Origin: Diplonema japonicum
Taxonomy: Eukaryota; Protista; Euglenozoa: Diplonemea
Direction: 5' to 3'
NCBI GenBank assembly: GCA_964019335.1
Contig: OZ025706.1
Location: 1 to 64,000 of the forward strand
Length of the DNA: 64,000 nucleotides
Shown here: positions 20,279-31,352 of the stretch, piece after piece
Numbering within the stretch: the first letter of the stretch is position 1
Layout of the letters: each line of letters begins with the position of its first letter
Made by a program: the position numbers and the translations under genes
The notes under the pieces: model-generated
Seen by the model: the letters and a program-made list of their open reading frames with translations, nothing else
The model's database searches: none
Told to the model about the DNA's origin: nothing

Positions 20279-20800
20279 TTATTCCATAGCAATTTTGTGC
20301 TGCGGGTGTGTTTCATTTCCCAGCCCACATAGAAAAAAGCCGACATACCTTCACCAGCAGAGTGTCCATGCACTTTGCGTGGCTCTCAAGGTCGGATTGC
20401 ATCATCTGATAATGTGGTATGTAGAACAAGAATCTTACCTGCTCAAGCCCTCTGTCGATGTCCCTCTTCTCGCCTACCGAAGCACCCCTGATCGAGTTCG
20501 CCTGAAGATATTGGTTGTCTTTCCTCTTATTTCATACATCGTCCTTGTCTACTATCACCTGGTACGCAATGAGAGCGAAGATCAACAAATCGCTCAGCAT
20601 TTTCATGTGCATCATTTGCTTTGCGGGGCTCTTCTTCCACTGCCTCCTGAAGTAGCTGATCACAGGGAACCACCTGTCTTCCGGCAGCCACATACCTGGA
20701 GAAAGAATAAAAAAGTTACTCGCAAATGGGTTAACATACCAGCAGTGTCCCACAGGAGCCACGCGGCAAGGGGGAGCGCAACCATAGTTGATGTCTTCAT
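20279..20800 (-). CDS. Small hypothetical membrane protein, 119 aa, 4 introns (44, 36, 33, 49 nt)
   Basis: Four GT(A)-CAG introns give a continuous frame from MKTSTMVALPL to HKIAME*, with two hydrophobic segments. Confidence 0.7.
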
Positions 20801-20910
20801 TTTCTTTTGTTCTTGATCAAACTGTGTGAGCTTATGAATCAAAGTAGTGAGGGAAAAAAGTAAAACAGATATGCGTGTTAAATCTAATCTACAAAGGGAG
20901 GGAGGTCTAT

Positions 20911-22287
20911 CTATTGCACCATCCTTTTCGCAGCGCTATTGAGCTGCAGTAGCTGCATTTGATAACTTGCCAGCTTTTTCGCAGCAGCGGCCACGTGTGG
21001 CAAATCGTGGCGCAGAGTCGACAGCAAAGTGCTCACATTCCGCGTTAGCTCGGCAACCGCAGCTGGAGACGGGGGCTGTGCTAGCCTTTGCTCTGGGCAT
21101 GCAAAGGTTTTGGATAAGCGCTGCACTGGCATCTCACACGCCACAATCATATCGACAGCATCCTTGTGCACCCCGCACACGGCAGCACCGTAAGCTCTGC
21201 CTAGCAGCTCGTAGTCTCTTTTCACTTGGCTTAAAAGGTCGCCGCCCGCCATTATCATCCCATTGTCATCTTGCACCTCTACCCTCCCCTCCTTCACTGC
21301 CTCGCCAAAGAGGCCTCTCTCCGCCTCACCGGATCTTTGCACCAGTCCCTCACCGCTGGCCACCAAAACCCTGAGCTCCCCTGTTCTATGTTCTATTTCT
21401 TCTTTCTTAGTCTGCATCAACTTCTTTCGCAAATGTGCCATTCTGTAAATCTGCAGCGTGGCAACCTCAGCAGGGGGCACCTTCCGCCACCCTTTGCTCA
21501 TCCTGGACGTGCTAACGGACTTCCCGTCAGCAAGGATTTTGCTCAGGGACTGGGCTGCTGCATCAGGCGGCTTGCTCAATCGCACTGAGAGGGAGGGAGA
21601 AGCGCACCTCGCCGGGGATGACGGCAGAGGTGTTTGGAAGCTGCCGCTCCTACTGCGAGGAGATGGTCGGGGGGACTGCTTGGGGGTTAGGGGCCTTCTA
21701 ATCGGTGTGGCAGGGCGGGCACGCTGCACTGACGGGGCTGTGGATGACTGGGACATTCTTTTCGGGGACGGCTTTGAAGGTGTCAGTTTAGTGGGCACTT
21801 TAACTGGCGAGCACGTCTTTGGACGGAGGTGCGTCTGGTTCTGCCGCAAGGGGGATGGCTGAGGTGACGCTGAGACACGCTTTGCTGGCGCGGGTCTCGC
21901 TATAGGCTTTGGTGAGGAGGTTCCCTTCGGTGCCGACTCACTAATGTTCTGTGTCACCAGAGGTGCCTCCTGCTTGCTCATGGGGGGTGCTGTGCTGGCA
22001 GCTGGTTTGTAAGACGGGAGAATAACAGGGGTGATAGAGGTGTCCCGCCGCATGGGAGACCTGATTGCGCTGAACTGCCTCACAGACAGCGTGTTCACAT
22101 TGCTCTCCTGGAGAGCCTGTCGCGCCTTCATAGGGTCCAAGCATGGAACTTGGACAGGCGCAGGCATTGATGGGGTGCTGCTGCATTCTGCTTGTGCCTC
22201 AGTATGCGGCGGGGCGTCACTTTGTAGAAGAGGTGAGATAAGGGCCCTCTGAGGGGCCATGCGCGTGGTGGGTGCTACTTGCGTCAT
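20911..22287 (-). CDS. Hypothetical Pro/Ser-rich protein with a helical C-terminal domain
   Basis: 458-aa ORF on the coding strand. Confidence 0.65.
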   Translation of the reverse strand: MTQVAPTTRMAPQRALISPLLQSDAPPHTEAQAECSSTPSMPAPVQVPCLDPMKARQALQESNVNTLSVRQFSAIRSPMRRDTSITPVILPSYKPAASTAPPMSKQEAPLVTQNISESAPKGTSSPKPIARPAPAKRVSASPQPSPLRQNQTHLRPKTCSPVKVPTKLTPSKPSPKRMSQSSTAPSVQRARPATPIRRPLTPKQSPRPSPRSRSGSFQTPLPSSPARCASPSLSVRLSKPPDAAAQSLSKILADGKSVSTSRMSKGWRKVPPAEVATLQIYRMAHLRKKLMQTKKEEIEHRTGELRVLVASGEGLVQRSGEAERGLFGEAVKEGRVEVQDDNGMIMAGGDLLSQVKRDYELLGRAYGAAVCGVHKDAVDMIVACEMPVQRLSKTFACPEQRLAQPPSPAAVAELTRNVSTLLSTLRHDLPHVAAAAKKLASYQMQLLQLNSAAKRMVQ

Positions 22288-23227
22288 TCGGACATATTTC
22301 TGATTCCTAAAAAATGTGCGAAAGATAGAAAGAAGACTGCTTCAAAACGTCTTAAATATACTAAAGAAATAAAGAAAGAGGGCTGTCACAGCTGACAAGT
22401 CCGTATGTATGATAACTGATCCGTTTGGCACTGGCTTGATCGATCAGCGCTGGACAGTCGCGAGCTGCAATGAAGGCAGGCCCTGAGTCGTGGGTGGGGT
22501 AACTTTATAAGAAAAGAAAAATGGAAAAGAGCTATGCAGAAAGTATTACAAGGTATAGAATAAGGGGAATGGGAGGGAGGGATGCGTTACTTTTTTTTTT
22601 CTTATTTTTTAAAGAAGAGATTCTTTTTCTTTTTTTCTATTCTTATAGTTCAAAAATACGCTATTTTGTCATTTTGAGACTTATGAAAATAATAAAAAAC
22701 TAAAAGTTTTTTTTTTTTGTTCCCGGAGTTGCGATGAATGAAAGGCGCATTCTGACCACATTCTCCTTTCCTTTTTCTTTCTAAAAGACTACAGAATGGG
22801 CAGCCCTTCTGTCTGCTCTTACATACCCCATTTCTTTCTTCTTCCCTCCTTCTTTTTTGTTCTTGATTCCTTCTCTGAGGTTCAGGAAATAAAAACAAAA
22901 AAGAAGAAAGACCTTTTTAGCTGCACAACACGAAAATGGGTGCCATGCCGGCACCACAATACAAATACACAAAACTGTGGGTCATATGATACAAGGGAAC
23001 ACTACTAGCAAAGAGAGAGGGGGGGTGCACTGTGCTGGTGCTGACATAGCAAATGGGCGATTGCCCACGGGCTTTTATTCAAACCAATCGACAGGCATAA
23101 AAAATAAAAAGAGGGAGAATGGTTAAGTAGCAATAAAAAAAAATATAAAAAAAATAATAACGTAAGAGAAAGTAGGATTTAAAAAAGAAAATAGGAAAGG
23201 AAGAAAAAGAAAAAGAAAAAGAAAACA

Positions 23228-23274
23228 ATTCACTATGATGGGGAAGAAGTGTCAGCAACGACCACCACAAAAAA
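23228..23274 (-). promoter_or_regulatory. Recurrent intergenic motif, copy 2
   Basis: Minus strand GTGGTGGTCGTTGCTGACACTTCTTCCCCATCATAGTGAAT, embedded in A/T homopolymer-rich DNA. Confidence 0.55.
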
Positions 23275-23475
23275 TTAAAAAGAAGAGAAGAAAGAAAACT
23301 AAACCCCACCGAGAGGGGATCGGAGGCGGGATTGAAAAAAAAAGGGGGGGAAGGGTTCAAGTTGACCCCCACCGTCTATTTCACATGGTGAATGGCTTCA
23401 AATGGATGACTTGTCTCCTTGAGTCTCTTTTTTTTCTTTTTTTCCTCTTCATTTAATCCCTATTATTGCAACTGT

Positions 23476-24451
23476 CTATAGTTCTGGCAGAACCCGCGGA
23501 TCTACTTTGGCTGCACGTGTAGTGTATTCAAAAGACGGACAGGCATACCTCCGTTCGGATAATGCTTCACAGCTGCACTTCTGAAAGGCGACTCCTGGGC
23601 TTGCCTGCCGCGAAGAAGGAGACAGTGAGGACGAGCGGTTTGAGAGCTGGTTGTTGATGTAAACGGGGACCTCTGACGTCTTGTTAAGAAGGATGCCCAG
23701 CCGCAGGGACGGTACAGGGACCCGTTTGGTCACCTGGCAGGGTGTCGTGGGTGTCACACGGCGGCCGGACTCACGCTGACTGTCTATAATAGTAGGGACC
23801 TCATGTGGCGAGTGCTCATCGTACACTGGTGTCAACCTATCGGGGGCCGTGCGGTCAGATGACACAGACGACGGCGTTTCCACTGTTTTTCTTTTTCTTT
23901 TCTCTTTTTTTCTCATACTCCGCCCAGACAGCGATCTCGAGGATATCTGTGCAAGGGCACGGTGCAGCTGCAGCGACGGGATGCAGGGCGGCACTAACGG
24001 AAGCGGAGGTACAGCCATGCGGACGCTGACACCACCGCTTCTTGTGGAGTTGGATGAGACGCTGGAGGCAGTTAGTTGCCCTGGGGATACCTAAAGGAGA
24101 TTATTAATTATTATTTGGAAAGAAACACACCGCTAAGAAATTGTTGATATTGTTCAAGTGCAGCTGCGGCACGACAGACCTCTTGCCCTGGACCTTCCTC
24201 TCCCCCATCACGTCGCTGCACATCTGGCATGTCCCGCCCTCGGCTCCGATCTGCTCCAGTACATCGCTCCATCTGTCTTCCTTTACCTTCAGCCAGCTGA
24301 TCGTTTCCTCCTTTTGCTGCACCACATACGCCATTAGCAGCTTCTCTCGCTCCAGTGCACGCTGCAACCTTTCACCCACATCACATGACTCGTCGTCTCG
24401 CAGCTCCTTGGGTGTCTCGAAGTCTTCTATTAATGTCACATCAGATGGCAT
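23476..24451 (-). CDS. Hypothetical protein with a coiled coil and repeated (V/I)PxLxL motifs; intron 24091-24130
   Basis: A 40-nt GTGTG...TAG intron joins MPSDVT...NNFLA to VSPGQ...MAVPPLPL in frame. Confidence 0.65.
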
Positions 24452-24885
24452 TTTCCTGTGCTGTGAACATGAAAATGACAGGCGAAAAACAAGGCAGAAG
24501 GCAGTGTATGTACAGCAACGAAGCGGGGGTCGTTGCCCACTGCAGGAGGCGTGCGTACAGAAGGGGGGGGTATCAAACTGGTTTTTCAGTTTTTCAAAAA
24601 AAAAAAAACGCGTTTCTAAGGCCATTTGACCATATACCTTGACCATGACCCGCCACAAACACCCCCAGACCGGTTTCTACCCGGGGGGGTGAAAACAAAC
24701 AAAATGCGATCGACGGAACAGGAAGCAAAAGAAAATTCGATATTTTAACGTCAAGACGGTGCTGACTACGTTGGAAGACATGGCAAGGATGCGGTTCGTC
24801 AGGAAAACTTTTAAACATAAAAGGGTATCAAGGATCGAAGGGACCAACACGGCAAACCCTTCTTGATTCCTGCTATACTCCACTA

Positions 24886-26565
24886 TCACAACTCACCCCC
24901 CCACGAGGCAGATGGGTACACAATGCCGGTCCTGCACGACTTAACTGCAGGCGCCTCGTCGAGCCACTGTGCGATGGCGTCGAAGGATGCTGTCTGGTTC
25001 ACGTTGAAAGGCACTGCCCACCGAAGGCCAGGGCTGCTCATCTGCGATTTCCAATCTGAGTTGTTTTCCTTCCACAGCCTGAAGGAGTCCTGGTTGTACT
25101 TGGCCACGTCCAAAGAGACGGCCTGGTAAGGGACGACCTTTTCAAGCTCGGCTTGCAGGTGCTTCACGAGGGTGGGGTTAGCCTTCGCAATGTTGTTGGT
25201 CTCGGCCACGTCGCTAATAAGGTGGAAGAGCTGTGGTTCTTCTTCAACACCTGTCCCGAAGACGACTAACTTGTAGACACCGTCTGTGATGAGGTACCAC
25301 GACATGGCGATGTTGCACCCGTGGAACTGACTCACCACGTACTGGGAGTGCTCTACGGATGACGAGTCGTTGACGTACCCCACAAGAGATGTCCCGTCCA
25401 GAACAGAAGGCCACCGCGCGACAGGGACGTTGCCCAGCTCCATGATAGTAGGGAAGAGGTCGATGTGCGAAGTGGGCTTTGTGACGACCCTTGGGGGCTT
25501 GCCACGTGTCCACGGGGCGTTGATGACCAGCGGGACCCTCGACGAGGCGTCGTACTGCACCATCTTGTAGAACTGCTGGTGCTCCATGTTCATGTCCCCG
25601 TGGTCCGAGGTCACAATGAACACCGTGCTGTCCCACGCGCCACCCTCCTTCACGGTTCGCACGTACTCGCCTACCATCGCATCGAACTCTGCGATCATAG
25701 CGTAGTACACACTGCGCACCTCCCTCCTCCTAGACATGCTGTAGAAGCTGTCGGAGTCGCTGTTGGAAGGTGTGCACTTCTTGAGCATCGACGACTGTAG
25801 ATCGCAGGGATGGATGTCCTCAAGTGGCTCCCAAGAAGGCACTGTCACCTTGCTCTGGTCTATTTTGCTCAGCCAGTAGTTGTTTGTTACGTACGGCGGG
25901 TGCACAATGACCATTCCTTGGTAGGCAAAGAAAGGTACGGGGTTTGCGGCTGCCTTCTGCTCGTCGATTTTAGTTTTAATCCACTGCGTGGTGGAGTTCA
26001 CCGCCTGCCAGTCACTGATGTGCACCTCTCTGTTGTTGTTGTCGTGGATGGTGGGCTCCTCGCTGCACATGGTCTCGTCGTACCAGCCGCCTGTCGAGTT
26101 GATGTTGTAAGGGAACCTTGTGTACATGGTCCAGGAGTTCAACCTCACGTTGAGGGAGTGGCCGCCAGTGGACCAGTCTTCCTTGCCCGAGATCATGACG
26201 TGGTAGCCGCTGGCGTTCATGACGTCCATGATCTTCTGGTCGTACTCGACGGGGAGCCCTTCGTAGTTGTTCCAGACGCCTTGCACAGTGAGGTTGGTGC
26301 CCATCTGCTGGTGGGGTATCTTGTGCGGGAGTCTCCCGCTCCACGTGCTTGCGCGTGACGGGCAGCACACAGGCACGTTGGAATAGTGTGTATCGAACTG
26401 CACACCCTCACTCGCCAGGCCCTTGATGTTAGGGATAGGCACAGGAGCGAAGCCCTCCCGGTACGTCCTCCCGTCTGTTGACTCGCAAATCAGAAACACA
26501 ATGTTTGGCGACGCCAATTTTGTGCTGCTCACCGCCAACACCACAGAGGCCACAAGCAGGAGCAT
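24886..26565 (-). CDS. Formylglycine-dependent sulfatase, arylsulfatase-K-like, with signal peptide
   Basis: PNIVFLICESTDG, CCPSRASTWSG (CxPxR), GKEDW, HPPY, TSDHG and RVPL. Confidence 0.9.
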   Translation of the reverse strand: MLLLVASVVLAVSSTKLASPNIVFLICESTDGRTYREGFAPVPIPNIKGLASEGVQFDTHYSNVPVCCPSRASTWSGRLPHKIPHQQMGTNLTVQGVWNNYEGLPVEYDQKIMDVMNASGYHVMISGKEDWSTGGHSLNVRLNSWTMYTRFPYNINSTGGWYDETMCSEEPTIHDNNNREVHISDWQAVNSTTQWIKTKIDEQKAAANPVPFFAYQGMVIVHPPYVTNNYWLSKIDQSKVTVPSWEPLEDIHPCDLQSSMLKKCTPSNSDSDSFYSMSRRREVRSVYYAMIAEFDAMVGEYVRTVKEGGAWDSTVFIVTSDHGDMNMEHQQFYKMVQYDASSRVPLVINAPWTRGKPPRVVTKPTSHIDLFPTIMELGNVPVARWPSVLDGTSLVGYVNDSSSVEHSQYVVSQFHGCNIAMSWYLITDGVYKLVVFGTGVEEEPQLFHLISDVAETNNIAKANPTLVKHLQAELEKVVPYQAVSLDVAKYNQDSFRLWKENNSDWKSQMSSPGLRWAVPFNVNQTASFDAIAQWLDEAPAVKSCRTGIVYPSASWGGEL

Positions 26566-27121
26566 GTTTTTTTAATCCACACCCTACACATGGATCAAAG
26601 GTCGCAAGGAAACGTCGAAAAATACTGAGAGGGGACCAGAAGAATAAAAAAAAGCAACAGCAAAAGTAGAAGGCAAAAGGAAATAATAGGTGAAAACTCT
26701 TTACTAAAAGAAAAGGAAAAAAAGAAAAAGACGTTTCAATTAAAAAGTGTTCCTCCGCTTTTTTTCTTTTTTCTTGTTCTTTCTTTTTTTTTTTTTCATT
26801 TTCCATCTTTGAAAAGGGCTTTTTGTTTTTCTTTTTGTTATTCTTTAGAAGCGTATAGCTCTGCATTCACCGCTTGTCTTAAAAAAAAAAAAAAGAGAGA
26901 ATTGCTCGTAAAAAAAGGAGAAGTAAACAGGGGACATAAGCTAACAGAAATAGAATTCAGAAGAGAAAGGGATAAAATCATGTATTCGACCTATTTTCCT
27001 TTTGGGTGTTATTGTTATTCAGAAATCACCGTTCTCCAATAACCTTGCGATTCCACTGGGAAAAACTGAAAACGTTGTTTCACCCCTTTAAAATAAAATA
27101 AAAAAGAGTGCTAAATTTGCG

Positions 27122-29236
27122 CTAATCTTCTTTTATGCTTTTTTTGCTACTTGTTTGCGCCAACGGGAGATGATGCAGGATGTTGAAGGACACATCGTTC
27201 TTCGCTCTCTTAACGGCAACATGTGCCAGCTCGGGGCTTGAGGCGATAAAGGCGGGGACGTCAGAGCAGGTTGTGAACATTTCTTTCAGAAAGTTGATCA
27301 GGGCGTAGAGCTCGTCATGTGTGTCGTTAGCATGCGGCCCTCCCAAGTAGTCGCGCACCACGATTGCATTGGTGGACCATCCTTCCACAGAAGATGGGGT
27401 GTTGTCAATGATGATGGTAGTATTGAGGTCTCTCCCTAGCCGCTCGAGGTTTTTACACTGCTCATAAACAGTCCGCTGCCATGCTTCCCTTGGCAGCACA
27501 TGAGCTGTGATCCCTGTGGGGTCCACAGCATTCCACATGGCATGCACCGTCTCAGCATCAGCAGCACTCCACACCACCACCTCACACTGATGCTGCTGCA
27601 ACATAACCATCAAATCATGAACCCCGTGCCTTATGCACATGTGATGTGTGTCGTGAAGGTGTCTGCTGTACACCAACGTTTCGTCCAGGTCAAGGACCAC
27701 AGTGTATGTATGCTTCGCATTCTTCGGCGGGAGCAGCACGTCGACGTTAGGCTTGAAGCACAGATGCGGTACGGGCTTCGGTTTCACACGAAAAACTGTC
27801 TTTTCGCTGATTGGAACCAGTACCTTCCTATATACCACATCGAAAGCCTTATTGAGTGCTTTGAACAGCACCTTGTCCAGCTTCCGTTTAATCTTCCTAC
27901 AGCTGTTGTCTGTTGTCATTTTACCGGCCCAGCTGCTCGACTTCGTAGACGATGCACTCGACGAAGGCAGCAAGCCCAGGGCAAGCTGCAGGGATGCGTG
28001 GGGCAAGGTGTCAGGGGTTACGGTGCTCTGTTCATTATTCAACTCTTTTTGGAGAACTCCGTCCTTTTCGGCTCCGGGTGCTTTGGGATGATTTCCATAA
28101 CCCTTTTGATGAGCACACCAATACAGTAAGCAACGGAAGGCGTCAGGGTTCAGAGAAGGTTCCAACTCGAACCGGGGCACCAGCGAGAACATGAAATGTT
28201 TCTCAGTTATCTCGGACACCCCGACGCAGGGCAGCAGCACCTTGAACCTGTCGCCCGAGACAACAGTGCTGCCCTCCTCATACTTGATCTGCAAGTCATC
28301 AAAACTCGAGGTGTTGATGCCACGTGCATCCAAACGGTCGCATGGATCGTCGGTTTTAAAGTTCCTAATCGTCTGCACGCTATTCGGCAGGATGACGTAC
28401 ACATTGGGAAAGGGGCCACTGTCTACTGAGATCGTTCCTTGAAACACGTAAGTGGTTGCGCCTTGTGCTTCTTCTCTAACTTCATCCTTGATGAGGCACA
28501 CAGGACTTGCCGCGCTTTCCGGTAAGATGAACTGGTTGTCGTCTAGCTGCCTGGGGTGCGTACCGAGAAGCAAGACGTTGAGACCATTCCCCGAAAGATA
28601 GCAGTGGTGGGGGCCATATGGCTCTATAGTGATGTCGCTGAGGGACACGACGGGGAGGGCCCGCAGGTCAAGTAGGCCCTCCTCTGGGTTGAAGTCCGTC
28701 ACGACGTGCGGCTTGGAGCACTCGTCCTTTGGGAGGAACATGAAGACATTGCGCCCGCTACCCCCTGTCACCACACTACATTCGTCTTCAAAAATAAAGT
28801 GCTCAGCAACATTGGTACCCTCAGTCAGGCCCCCTGTCACGCAGATTGCTCCATTCGACATCTCACCCGAGAACAGCAATTCTTCCACAAGACACTTGTC
28901 TATTCTGGACTTGGGTATCATGAGATGCTGCAGCATGAACGGCAGCAGGTCGGACGTGTCTTCGTTTTCATAGCTTCCATCAGCCTTCAAAACCTCTTTA
29001 AACGCCTCTGGTGTCAGCCCCAAAGCGTCGGCGACAGCACTTACCTCAGCGACCAGCTCGCCGATCACATCAGGGGACAGCTTAAAAGCGCCACATACCC
29101 CCAAAGCTACCTCCTCAACCTCGCTGGGGTGCCTTCTGAACTGATGAACATGTTTTTGCGATGCAGGCTTTGCGTTGCCTTTGGCTTTGGTCCCCTTGTT
29201 TAGTTGCTTAGGTGGCTGCGACTGCGTGCAGCCCAT
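27122..29236 (-). CDS. N-acylated NIF/FCP-SCP (HAD) phosphatase with two RTX/serralysin C-terminal-like repeats
   Basis: MGCTQS acylation motif; TVVLDLDETLV, VVWSAA, KNLERLGRDL and IIIDNTP; central GGSGRNVFMF...VTDFNPEEGLLDL. Confidence 0.8.
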   Translation of the reverse strand: MGCTQSQPPKQLNKGTKAKGNAKPASQKHVHQFRRHPSEVEEVALGVCGAFKLSPDVIGELVAEVSAVADALGLTPEAFKEVLKADGSYENEDTSDLLPFMLQHLMIPKSRIDKCLVEELLFSGEMSNGAICVTGGLTEGTNVAEHFIFEDECSVVTGGSGRNVFMFLPKDECSKPHVVTDFNPEEGLLDLRALPVVSLSDITIEPYGPHHCYLSGNGLNVLLLGTHPRQLDDNQFILPESAASPVCLIKDEVREEAQGATTYVFQGTISVDSGPFPNVYVILPNSVQTIRNFKTDDPCDRLDARGINTSSFDDLQIKYEEGSTVVSGDRFKVLLPCVGVSEITEKHFMFSLVPRFELEPSLNPDAFRCLLYWCAHQKGYGNHPKAPGAEKDGVLQKELNNEQSTVTPDTLPHASLQLALGLLPSSSASSTKSSSWAGKMTTDNSCRKIKRKLDKVLFKALNKAFDVVYRKVLVPISEKTVFRVKPKPVPHLCFKPNVDVLLPPKNAKHTYTVVLDLDETLVYSRHLHDTHHMCIRHGVHDLMVMLQQHQCEVVVWSAADAETVHAMWNAVDPTGITAHVLPREAWQRTVYEQCKNLERLGRDLNTTIIIDNTPSSVEGWSTNAIVVRDYLGGPHANDTHDELYALINFLKEMFTTCSDVPAFIASSPELAHVAVKRAKNDVSFNILHHLPLAQTSSKKSIKED

Positions 29237-29302
29237 GTTACCTACGTTGGAGTTAATGCTGCTGTGTGCAAAACACTGGAATACACTTAAATGTTACTTA
29301 CG

Positions 29303-31294
29303 TCACGAACGGGGGAAGAGACACGAGTTGCGCTCCTCAGCAGAAGTGACCACTGTGGTGAGGCTGGACGACTTGCTGAGGAGTTTGTCAGTGTAATTGA
29401 TGACAGAGTTCTGTGTGGGTGATATGGCTAGTTGACTGATATACCTCGTGGTCAAGGCCGATGGCCGACAACATGGTGGCTACCTTTCGGAAGGTAGCAT
29501 GGGGCTGGTCTATGCTGAGAAGCACGTTGCGTAGAGCAGCATACTTCAGGGTCTGCTTGTGTTTATTGGGGCAAATTGCGGCACACCTCTGTCCTCTTCT
29601 CACCTTTGTGGAGGGGCCTGTCAAAGTACCCGAAGGCCTCCAGCATGTTGGTATTTGTTACCTCGGTCGTTGTTTTGGTCCTCTTCACGACTACAGGTGC
29701 CTGCCCCTCCATCACCTCCTCGTTCTCATCCTCCTCTCGCTTTCTCTTCAGATTGTTGAAGTCGCTCAGGATCTCATAGACCTTCTCACCGAACCTGCAC
29801 AAATAGCTTTTTCATGCATGTAAATACCTTTGGTTCATCATCTCTTCGAAACAGTAGGCCATCATCTCGAACACAGGTGACAGCACAGGCACAGACGGAT
29901 CTTTCATGTTTGTCACCAAGCACAAGAAGGGTATCTTCATTGCTTTCTGTAAAGTGTTCAAAGGGGTCCCAGTGTCTCCATACCACGATGCGCACTTTCT
30001 TCTCTTCAATCTCTGTTTTCTTTACCATCCTCTTGACTGTTTGCGTTTTGGGCTTCACATCTTCATCACTGCCGTCTTCTTTCTCTTTGTCATCACCATC
30101 TTGTGCTTCCTCTACTGGCTCTTCCACTTCTTCCTCTACCTCTCTCACAACCTCGTTCTTGGATATTTCCACAATGTCCTGAACCACTACCGGCTCCTGG
30201 AATGAAATGGTGGTGAGGTTTACAAGCATACGCAGTCGGTCAAATCACACAGAAAGTAGGTCTCTGTGTGGAGGTCGCTGTTCTTTGCGTACTGCACGTC
30301 CATGAATCTTCTGAAACGCGCGTCGCGGGGTATGGAGGTGTTGGTCATGTCTTCAAAGTGCCTCTTGATCACCTTGATCAGAACCTCCTCGTTGGCTGGG
30401 TCACCCCCGTCAATCTGCTCATCCCAAGGCCCCCCGTAGCACGTAAGCTCCCTGTCGTTAACCAGCGCAGTGAGAAGGCTGAGGCGGTGGTGGACGTGCT
30501 GCTGCGAGGAACCCTCTAGGGAAACGATGATGACCTTCGCCGTGTGTTTTCCCGTGCTGGGCATGTACATCTCATTGCACTCGCCCTCAAGAACAACAGA
30601 ATTGGTTGCCAGCTTCACGCTGTCTCGTTCCCAACTCGGCCAGTGCACTTCAGCCTGCTTGAAGTTATCATGCAGTTTTACTTGTGGGAATCGTGTTTTG
30701 CACTCGAACTGGTCTCGCACAGGTGTTGCGTACGGTCGCGAGCGGCAGCTCTGCAAGTTGGTTTTCATTAAAGCCAGGCACACCTTGTTGAGCAAGACGT
30801 TGCCCGATGGCATCGCACGAGGCAGCTCGGTCCCTGTCACCACGCTCCTGTGACAGGCTGCTTCACTCTCAGCTCGCATCCTCACAGCGTTTTTCATCTA
30901 TATGTTATATGAAGGTGTCATCATCGTACCTGCTCAGCGACATGCTGCTTCAAAGGGATTGCCTGCAAGCTCTGGCGTATGAGATCTGCCGCAACGCCGC
31001 CAATCTTCTGGATCTTCAGGTTCACCTCTAACTGTGCCTTATGTGCCATGTGTTCCTTTGCCTGCAATTCAGATTGCCGCTGTCGTACCTTGTGCTCTCT
31101 CGATATCTGGTCTTGCCTCTGTGTGCGAGTAATTCATGATTCCAGATGCATACCCTGTCGTCCAGCTGCTTCCTTTCTGCCTCTAGTTTCTCCCTCTGGG
31201 CCTCATTGTCGGCGCGTAGTATGTTTGCCTTTTCTTGCGTCTCCACCAGACGCTGCTCCGTCTCCCGAATGAGGTTCTGCAAGTGCTCAGCCAT
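29303..31294 (-). CDS. CCAR1/DBC1 family protein, about 7 tiny introns
   Basis: DBC1-domain motif [14 protein letters not shown]...VLIK...FRRFMDVQY; spliced [10 protein letters not shown]; EF-hand-like EAFGYFDR. Frames are joined by 32-37-nt GT-AG introns; the last exon is less certain. Confidence 0.75.
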
Positions 31295-31352
31295 GTTGTT
31301 CTTCTGTGATGAAATGCGTCGGTACGGCTGAGAAAAATAAACTCAGACTTCA

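Noticed and set aside
22400-22490. Plus-strand box C/D-like pattern (ATGATAA...CTGA)
   Set aside because: Imperfect box C, antisense to the transcribed strand and no recognisable rRNA guide.
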